Shown: positions 53,377 through 56,984 of the stretch, piece by piece
Position numbering within the stretch: the first letter of the stretch is position 1
Layout of the letters: each line of letters starts with the position of its first letter
Virus record (IMG/VR): IMGVR_UViG_3300033987_000026
From: a virus
DNA: 56,984 nucleotides
Reading direction: 5' to 3' (one strand)
Notes under the pieces: model-generated
What the model saw: the letters and a program-made list of their open reading frames with translations, nothing else
Databases searched by the model: none
What the model was told of the DNA's origin: nothing
Program-made: the position numbers and the translations under genes

Positions 53377-54060
53377 ATGAAGCATTTCAGGAGAACAACA
53401 ACCTTGATAATTGCCACGACAATAGTTTTCACAGGCAAAATAATGCTCGACTTGAACGCCGGAGGCCAGGAGGCACAAACCACATCCAGCGCGGTCGAGC
53501 CTGTACATACACAACAGCTCGAACCAGAGCCGACCATAGCAGCGATGATGGTAATCACTCCAAGCCCGACACCGGAACCGGAAGAGGATCCGGAACCACA
53601 GGTCAGATTTTACGACATCCCGCTTTCACGAGAGCTCCAGGAATACACCTTCAGGCTTTGCGAAGAGAACGGCCTGGATTACGAGATGGTCCTGGCATTG
53701 ATGGACCAGGAGAGCGACTACCGGGAGAAGGTAATCAGCAAGACCAATGATTACGGCATCATGCAGATCAACGAGATCAACCACGAATGGCTCAAAGAGG
53801 AACTGGGAATAGACGACTTTCTGGAAGCAAAGCAGAACATTCGCGCAGGGATAAGGATCCTGGCAGAATTGACGGCAAAATACGAAGATCCGCACCTGGT
53901 ATTGATGGCTTACAACTGCGGAGAGAGTGGAGCCAAAAGGCTCTGGAAACAAGGTAAAACTACGAGCGAATACAGCCGGTCGATAATGGCCAGAGCTGAA
54001 GAATTAAGAAAGGAGGCAGAGCAATGTCAACAGTATGCGGTAAATGCCAACGCCCACTAA
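53377..54060 (+). CDS. Membrane-anchored lytic transglycosylase (SLT domain)
   Basis: N-terminal TM. LMDQESDY (catalytic Glu), YGIMQIN, AYNCG motifs. Confidence 0.85.
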   Translation: MKHFRRTTTLIIATTIVFTGKIMLDLNAGGQEAQTTSSAVEPVHTQQLEPEPTIAAMMVITPSPTPEPEEDPEPQVRFYDIPLSRELQEYTFRLCEENGLDYEMVLALMDQESDYREKVISKTNDYGIMQINEINHEWLKEELGIDDFLEAKQNIRAGIRILAELTAKYEDPHLVLMAYNCGESGAKRLWKQGKTTSEYSRSIMARAEELRKEAEQCQQYAVNANAH

Positions 54061-54173
54061 AAGACCCGAAGAGCATAGAGCGCGGGTACGGGCCGGACTG
54101 CTGGAGAGAGATCAAAGCCAAGAGGGCCGAAGAGGAAGAGGCCAAAGAAAACGAAGAGGAGGCAGAGAAATGA
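54024..54173 (+). CDS. Small CxxC protein (49 aa)
   Basis: AAGGAGG RBS. MSTVCGKCQRPLKDPKSIERGYGPDCW motif common in small phage proteins. Overlaps the SLT 3' end. Confidence 0.45.
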   Translation: MSTVCGKCQRPLKDPKSIERGYGPDCWREIKAKRAEEEEAKENEEEAEK

Positions 54174-54460
54174 GGTCAGATTTCACCTACCACACCAGGG
54201 AAGTTAATGGGACAAGCGTCCTGGTAATCATCGATTTAGACCGAGGCGGGATGAGCGTCACCAACAACGTAGAGGCAGTAGTTAAAAGCATAGCAGCAGA
54301 GCTCGGAGAGGACATCTACAAAAGGCCCATCATCTACAAGGACAGCATGGGGATTTATGACGGCATAGACGGCACCAACCTGGCGAGCCCCTTCTACCAC
54401 ATAGGCGAGACGGACGAGGCCAGGGTAGCGGCAAAAGCAGCGGAAAGGACAAGGAGGTAG
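54170..54460 (+). CDS. Hypothetical protein (96 aa)
   Basis: ATGA overlap with the upstream small ORF. Confidence 0.5.
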   Translation: MRSDFTYHTREVNGTSVLVIIDLDRGGMSVTNNVEAVVKSIAAELGEDIYKRPIIYKDSMGIYDGIDGTNLASPFYHIGETDEARVAAKAAERTRR

Positions 54461-54462
54461 AC

Positions 54463-54600
54463 ATGAGTTATTTCTGGACTTGTGAGGTCTGCGGCGCCAG
54501 CCTGGATCCAGGCGAAAAGTGCGACTGCAGCAAAGAACAACAGAAAACGCCAGAACCGGCGGAAGCAAAGGGGGAAGAGGAATGCAAGAAAACAGCTTAA
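54463..54600 (+). CDS. Small zinc-ribbon-like protein (45 aa)
   Basis: AAGGAGG RBS. CEVCG...CDC. Confidence 0.4.
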   Translation: MSYFWTCEVCGASLDPGEKCDCSKEQQKTPEPAEAKGEEECKKTA

Positions 54601-54839
54601 AAACCAACATCATCAAGCTGCGCTTCATCAGAAACGGCCAGCCACAGGGAAGGGAATACACCTACTACACACCGGTAGAGGTCGCGGTAGGAGACATAGT
54701 AGAGATTGAAGCCAGGGAAGGCATAGCCAAGGGAATAGTAACCCAGGTAAACGTACCGGAGGAAGAAATAGCGCCTTTCAAGGACAGAGCAAAGTCCATC
54801 ATCGGAAAGGCCCAGGTCGAGGAGGTCGCAGCGCAATGA
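54582..54839 (+). CDS. Hypothetical protein (85 aa)
   Basis: GGGGGAAGAGG RBS before ATG 54582. Confidence 0.5.
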   Translation: MQENSLKTNIIKLRFIRNGQPQGREYTYYTPVEVAVGDIVEIEAREGIAKGIVTQVNVPEEEIAPFKDRAKSIIGKAQVEEVAAQ

Positions 54840-55135
54840 ACAACAGGATAAAGAAAAAGCCCCTTCGGTTAGGAAGGAGCATAAGAGCAGGAATCAAGAT
54901 AGGAGTTCTCATTTTGACGGCCATGAGCACCGTCGAAATCGCCAAGATGGCCTGGGAGACATACCAGAGCAGGACCGGAGCTCCAGGCGGTGAGATTTTG
55001 GTATTGCCGATGATGATCCTGCTTTTTTATACAGGATGGACAGCAAGAGGAGAATGGATAGATTTCAAAAGAGCCTTTAGAGAAGCGGAAAGGAGAGAAT
55101 ACCATGCAAGCGACAATCCAGCTTATAAGGGATGA
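54836..55135 (+). CDS. Small membrane protein (two TM segments)
   Basis: IKIGVLILTAMSTVEIA and ILVLPMMILLFYTGW segments. ATGA overlap. Confidence 0.5.
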   Translation: MNNRIKKKPLRLGRSIRAGIKIGVLILTAMSTVEIAKMAWETYQSRTGAPGGEILVLPMMILLFYTGWTARGEWIDFKRAFREAERREYHASDNPAYKG

Positions 55136-55511
55136 AGCAGCCTTATTCCTTGGGAGAAGACCAACAGATGAAGAAATGAAGTGGGCGCTTCCCAGGGCCA
55201 AGAAGAAACTCACCTGGATCATCGAGAGAGAAGGAGACGCTGACGGCATAAGACGGCAACCCTGGTACCTTGGAAAGCTGGTAGAAGAGGCAATCGTGGA
55301 AGAGGAATTCTCACAGTATACCCTTGCAAGATGCATGGAGATTGAAGCGCAGAGACAGGCTGCAGCTTCCGGGGAAAAAGAAAAAGGCCATCCTTTAACG
55401 GACGACCCAACCACGCTCCCATTATATCCCAGGGAGATGCAGTTTGTCAATCCAACCCAAAACTATGAAACGAGGAGGATGACAAATGAAGCTGTTAACA
55501 TTGAAACTTGA
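55104..55511 (+). CDS. Hypothetical protein
   Basis: ORF in operon orientation. Overlaps its neighbours by about 30 nt at each end. Confidence 0.5.
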   Translation: MQATIQLIRDEAALFLGRRPTDEEMKWALPRAKKKLTWIIEREGDADGIRRQPWYLGKLVEEAIVEEEFSQYTLARCMEIEAQRQAAASGEKEKGHPLTDDPTTLPLYPREMQFVNPTQNYETRRMTNEAVNIET

Positions 55512-56984
55512 GAATTTTCAGGGACTGAAAGCAGAGGAATTCAATTTCAACGGCCACAGTGCCAGCATTTACGGAGACAACGCCACAGGAAAGACGACAG
55601 TATTCAACGCTATAACCTGGCTACTTTTTGGAAAGGCCAGCACAGGAGCAAAGAACTTCACACCAAAGACCAAAGGTCCTGACGGAGACCTTCACTACCT
55701 GGACCACGCAGCAGAGGCAACATTCAAGCTGCAGGATGGCCGGGTAATAACCCTCCGCAAGGTTTTCCACGAGGTCTACAAGAAAAAACGCGGATCGGCC
55801 ACAGAAGAGTTTGACGGCCATACCATAGACTTTTATATCGACGGCGTGCCAACCAAGGAGAAGGAATACGAAGCAACCATGCTTTCACTTTGCGGCGGCA
55901 GCGTCGAGAAAATGAAGATGCTGACCATGCCGAACTACTTCCCGGAAGAGATGAGCTGGGACGCCAGGAGAAAGATCCTGCTGGAGATTTGCGGGGACGT
56001 TTCAGACGAGGACGTAATCAACAGCACATCGGAGCTCAAAGACCTTCCAAAATTCCTTCTGAAGCCAGGAACCACTAATCAATACTACGATGTGGACGAA
56101 TACAAGAAGATAGCCAGCGCCAAAAAGTCCGAAATCAATAAACAGCTTCAGGAGATACCCGGCCGCATCGATGAGGCCCGGAGAGCAATACCTGACATCA
56201 CCGGCCTTGACCCGAAAGCCATAGACCAGAAGATCCAGGAGCTCAATAAACAGAAGAGTGAACTCGAAATGGAAAAGGCTCAGGCCTTAAGCGGAGACCT
56301 TACAACAATGGCCATCAGAAAACAAATATCCGAGGCCAATACCAGGCTTGCAGAAGCCAGGGCAGCATACGCTGCTAAAACAAGTAGCCTGAACGAAGGA
56401 ACATACGCAGCAATAAACAGCCTGAAAAGAGATCAGATAACAGTAACAAACCGTATCCAGGACGCAAAAGCAGACCTGGAGAGAACCCAAAGGACCATAG
56501 AAAGGCTCAAGAGCCACAGGGAGAGCTTAATCAACGATTACATGGCCATACAGAAGGAGACCTGGGACGAAAGCAAGGAAACCTGCCCGACCTGCCACAG
56601 GCCACTTCCGGAAGAGGAAATCCAGAAGCTCCGCGAGGCATTCAACCTGCAGAAGAGCAGACGCCTGGAGCAGATAAACCTTCAGGGCCAGCGCGAATGC
56701 AGCAAGGAGATGATCACCGAGCTGGAGGAAAAGGCCAACACATTAAGAGAGCAGATCAAGAAGGATGAGCAGCTTATAGAAGACTACGAACTGCAGCTCA
56801 AGGCTTTGCAGAGCCAGCTCAAGACGCCGGCGCCTTTCGAGAGCACCGAAGAATACGCCCAGATAATGGCCGAGATTGCCAAACTTCGCGAAGAGGAAAA
56901 CAACAAGAGCGGCCAAATGGAAGCAATAGCAGCCAAATACACAGAGCAGATCCAGGCCCTGAACGAACAGATCAGAGAGCAGGA
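55486..56984 (+). CDS. Rad50/SbcC-like AAA ATPase, N-terminal part (open at window end, continues at 3..605; joined product 658 aa)
   Basis: ATG 55486 after GAGGAGG. Walker A GDNATGKTT. Long coiled coil. CPTCHRPL zinc-hook-like CxxC. No stop before 56984. Confidence 0.85.
   Translation, partial: MKLLTLKLENFQGLKAEEFNFNGHSASIYGDNATGKTTVFNAITWLLFGKASTGAKNFTPKTKGPDGDLHYLDHAAEATFKLQDGRVITLRKVFHEVYKKKRGSATEEFDGHTIDFYIDGVPTKEKEYEATMLSLCGGSVEKMKMLTMPNYFPEEMSWDARRKILLEICGDVSDEDVINSTSELKDLPKFLLKPGTTNQYYDVDEYKKIASAKKSEINKQLQEIPGRIDEARRAIPDITGLDPKAIDQKIQELNKQKSELEMEKAQALSGDLTTMAIRKQISEANTRLAEARAAYAAKTSSLNEGTYAAINSLKRDQITVTNRIQDAKADLERTQRTIERLKSHRESLINDYMAIQKETWDESKETCPTCHRPLPEEEIQKLREAFNLQKSRRLEQINLQGQRECSKEMITELEEKANTLREQIKKDEQLIEDYELQLKALQSQLKTPAPFESTEEYAQIMAEIAKLREEENNKSGQMEAIAAKYTEQIQALNEQIREQ
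56858..56984. repeat. Terminal overlap, copy 2 (identical to 1-127)
   Basis: Exact 127-nt identity with the window start. Confidence 0.9.

Larger units (their letters stand above)
1..56857. mobile_element. Complete circular temperate phage genome (contractile-tail, PBSX/Mu-like morphogenesis modules)
   Basis: Full replication, packaging, head, tail, lysis and lysogeny gene set. Exact 127-nt terminal overlap. Integrase plus CI/Cro switch. No host flanking genes. Confidence 0.85.

Noticed and set aside
1-56984. tRNA, rRNA or tmRNA genes
   Set aside because: No cloverleaf-like segment or rRNA-like conserved stretch was noticed in the intergenic regions. A dedicated scan (tRNAscan-SE, Aragorn) is still advisable.

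Overview
The window is a complete, circularly closed temperate phage genome. Nt 1-127 are repeated exactly at 56858-56984, giving a unique length of 56,857 nt, and one ORF reads through that junction. Strong AGGAGG-type ribosome-binding sites, PBSX-like (Xkd) tail genes and a SPOR-domain amidase suggest a Firmicutes/Clostridia host. No host flanks, tRNA, rRNA or CRISPR array were seen.

Gene order (mostly + strand):
- Recombination and replication: Rad50/SbcC-like ATPase, RecT-like protein, MBL nuclease, origin-binding organizer with internal iterons, DnaC-like loader, RecU, SSB.
- Late regulator, then ParB-domain DNA methyltransferase, TerS, TerL.
- A 385-nt repeat-dense non-coding hub.
- Head genes: portal, a 1140-aa MuF-fusion protein, XkdF-like protease, scaffold, capsid.
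- Contractile tail and baseplate genes.
- Tail-fibre region carrying a diversity-generating retroelement (DGR).
- Lysis cassette.
- A promoter-driven accessory operon with an ADP-ribosylglycohydrolase.
- attP, then integrase, two cargo genes and a CI-like repressor on the minus strand.
- Cro-side early operon.

The clearest system is the DGR. It has an FGE/C-type-lectin-fold target, Avd, a 111-nt template repeat (TR) and a reverse transcriptase. The variable repeat (VR) and TR differ at 9 positions, and every one is a TR adenine.

Less explained items worth follow-up:
- The polyvalent MuF protein with a kinase-like domain and an unassigned C-terminus, plus a translationally coupled small ORF.
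- The ADP-ribosylglycohydrolase/RHH accessory operon.
- Two cargo genes between integrase and repressor, one a stand-alone copy of the MuF Cys/His motif.
- An autonomous promoter-to-terminator cassette inserted in the tail module.
- Phased 11-bp and 14-bp repeat arrays shared between distant loci.

All family names come from motif recognition by eye and need profile searches to confirm.
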